Part shown: positions 61,877-64,000 of the stretch, one piece after another
Numbering within the stretch: the first letter of the stretch is position 1
Layout of the letters: every line of letters begins with the position of its first letter
Origin: Octopus sinensis
Lineage: Eukaryota
Reading direction: 5' to 3'
Assembly: GCF_006345805.1 (NCBI RefSeq)
Contig: NC_043013.1
Span: 49,848,001 to 49,912,000 of the forward strand
Length of the DNA stretch: 64,000 nt
Program-made: the position numbers and the translations under genes
The notes under the pieces: model-generated
What the model saw: only the letters and a program-made list of their open reading frames with translations
What the model was told of the DNA's origin: nothing
Database searches by the model: none

Positions 61877-62107
61877 GGCGGCGAGCTGGCAGAAACGTTA
61901 GCACGCCGGGCGAAATGCTTTGCGGTATTTCGTCTGCCGCTACGCTGTGAGTTCAAATTCCGCCGAGGTCAACTTTGCCTTTCATCCTTTCGGGGTCGAT
62001 AAATTAAGTGCCAGTTACGCACTGGGGTCGATGTAATCAACTTAATTCGTTTGTCTGTCCTTGTTTGTCCCCTCTGTATTTAGCCCCTTGTGTGTAGTAA
62101 AGAAATA
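61877..62107 (+). mobile_element. Family C SINE in Rheb intron 3
   Basis: Flanked by a 15-bp direct repeat ggtattcccatatat (61856-61870, 62108-62122). Confidence 0.85.
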
Positions 62108-62603
62108 GGTATTCCCATATATCATTGGGAAGATTCTGTCAAGGTTATACCTAAAAGACTGGTTCAATCAATATCAGAGAGTATCACAACGGGATCGCAG
62201 TGTGATTTCCACAAACATCAACGCATCTGTTCATTGCATTTGTGCATCTATCAAAGGCTTTGATGCAGCCAGCAAGGAACTTCTGTGTAATGTTCTTACG
62301 AAGTTTAATTTTCCACCCAAAATCATGAATCTCCTACACTAGTTCCTCACAGCTGTGATGTCCTCCTTGGTTGTTGTTTGAGGACTAAAATCTAATCCCT
62401 TCAGTATAAAAACAGGATTCAGACACTGTTGCATACTTGCACCTGTACTGCATGATATTTTCCTCATTTATGTTACTGCACCGTTTTGCAGAAAGATGGG
62501 AAAAGAAGGAATTGTAAACACTCAGCATGACAGAAACCATTTCATCATCTGTGGGGGGGAGGGCACCATTAAGCTTAAATATGAACAAATCATTGAGCTA
62601 CAG

Positions 62604-62804
62604 CAGTGCTTTTCAAACGTTTTGCTGGAGCGGAACCCCAAGGAAACATTCCACTGGCTCGAGGAACCCCTGTGCAATAATTTAATAGTCTTATGCACAC
62701 ATATCTGCACAGGAGACTTAAAAATTACTGCCGATTTTAGCAGTTTTGTAACTTCTTGTGGAACCCCTGCACTGTACTGGCGGAACCCTGGTTGAAAACC
62801 ATTG
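62604..62804 (-). mobile_element. hAT MITE, 201 bp, same family
   Basis: Reverse complement of 15521-15721; 8-bp TSD agctacag. Confidence 0.9.
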
Positions 62805-63061
62805 AGCTACAGTATGTTAGTGCTTGCTGTGATAGCTCACACTCCAGAAGCTACCATCTTGGAACTGTTATAATTTATAAAAGAATGAACCTGACCATTA
62901 ACACTCAGAAAACTGAGTCATTTGTTAATGGCACCCAACACCACCTTCTCTCCTCTTCATTTTCTTGGTGCAACAACAACTAGTTACACCCTCCTAATTC
63001 TAGATACCTTGGCAATAAAGTTTCCAGTGACTGAAGAAGAGGATTGTAGACTACTTTAGAT

Positions 63062-63304
63062 ATGTTTTGCAAACAACTTGCACATGCAAGTGCTACCAGT
63101 CAAAAGCTCTGTATACCGGAAGCCAGCAAGTGTATGGGGTCATCAGGAGAGAATGCGCGCCGTTTCGGGGCCTACCTCTCGACGGAATCAATGCGCACCG
63201 GCCCCCCTCACTGATATGAGGCCCCGCTTGCTAGATCAGCTGGTTATGAAGTTAAACTCAATATCCTTCTAGCCATCGTTCATCGTCTCTTTTTAACCAA
63301 ATCC
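63062..63304 (-). mobile_element. Second copy of the HERO-like 3' end
   Basis: Reverse complement of about 41830-42060, highly similar. Confidence 0.85.
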
Positions 63305-64000
63305 TGTAACCTTTGGAAACCTCAGAAAGTGAGTCTAAATAACTACTCACTGCACACTCATTTCAGCTTTCCTGTATGAATACAAGAAATAGACCATATA
63401 CAGTCAAAACATTAAGGGCCTCAAATCTTTGACATCCAGCATACACAGGAAATCTTTTAGTCTTTTTGGTGAGATAGGATTACACATACACATTGTACAT
63501 GCATTATCTGAGTTGACTGAGACATATATCTAACATTCTCCTCAACCCTAGTGGGATCCTCCATGGCCACCTACACTATGGGTGGAGGGCGAAAGAAGTT
63601 TTTCAAAGGCCAACTAAAGACATTTTTGAAAAAGAATAATATCAACATTTCAAAAATGGAGGACATTGCTCCCATCAGCAAGAGCACTTCGAGGAGACAC
63701 AGATGCAGATTAATATCTGTTATTGTTAACCAAGCATTCACATGTCCTATTTGCATCTGAAGTTTCGCATCAAGTATTGGAATGTACAGAAATCTAAGAA
63801 AGCACAACTGAAAGAGATGGTCATTATTAAATCTGATACTATATACAAGCAAGGAAGTACTCTGGTCAGTTTCAGTCTAGCAGATTGGTGTCTTTGTTGC
63901 CTAATAGTTCAGTCAAATCAATTCCTTTAGATCTGTGTTGTTGGGTTTTCAGTTTCTCTGCTGTGGCTACATCTTGTTTTTGTTGTGTAGTCCTGCATCG

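Larger units (their letters stand above)
62130..63800 (+). mobile_element. Old BovB-like RTE RT/C-terminal relic, interrupted by a MITE and a HERO-like fragment
   Basis: SNPFSIKTGFRHCCILAP (cf. GVKQGCVLAP), ELQY at the YADD-motif position, GGGRKKFFKGQLKTFLK and FTCPIC C-terminus. Confidence 0.65.

Overview
AT-rich, repeat-saturated animal genomic DNA. The SINE/LINE repertoire points to an octopus (coleoid cephalopod); this is inference from repeat families. One 100-N scaffold gap lies at 24185-24284. The only host gene I can support is a Rheb-type small GTPase on the + strand, seen as three short coding exons (47166-47214, 57384-57455, 61667-61734) that splice in frame to MPPRQRRIAMMGYRSVGKTSLVLRFVTSKFDDTYDPTIENTYTKNVTVSGQVYQLEVIDTAGQ. 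None of these exons appears as such in the ORF track, and the gene continues beyond the window. Most of the rest is transposon debris: three or four tRNA-derived SINE families, RTE, CR1, R4/Dong-like and HERO-like LINEs, Penelope-like elements, mariner and maT relics, hAT and piggyBac-type MITEs, and Helitron-like elements. The most interesting non-coding signals are: minimal hammerhead-ribozyme-like motifs in several repeat families, some with non-canonical cores; a near-perfect 290-bp palindrome; a 65-bp minisatellite expanded inside an RTE 3' UTR; a local duplication around the first Rheb coding exon; and two CpG-retaining, promoter-like regions. Almost all ORFs in the supplied track are spurious (microsatellites, SINEs) or decayed TE fragments. 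Repeat family names are recognised by eye, not by database search, and many element boundaries are approximate.
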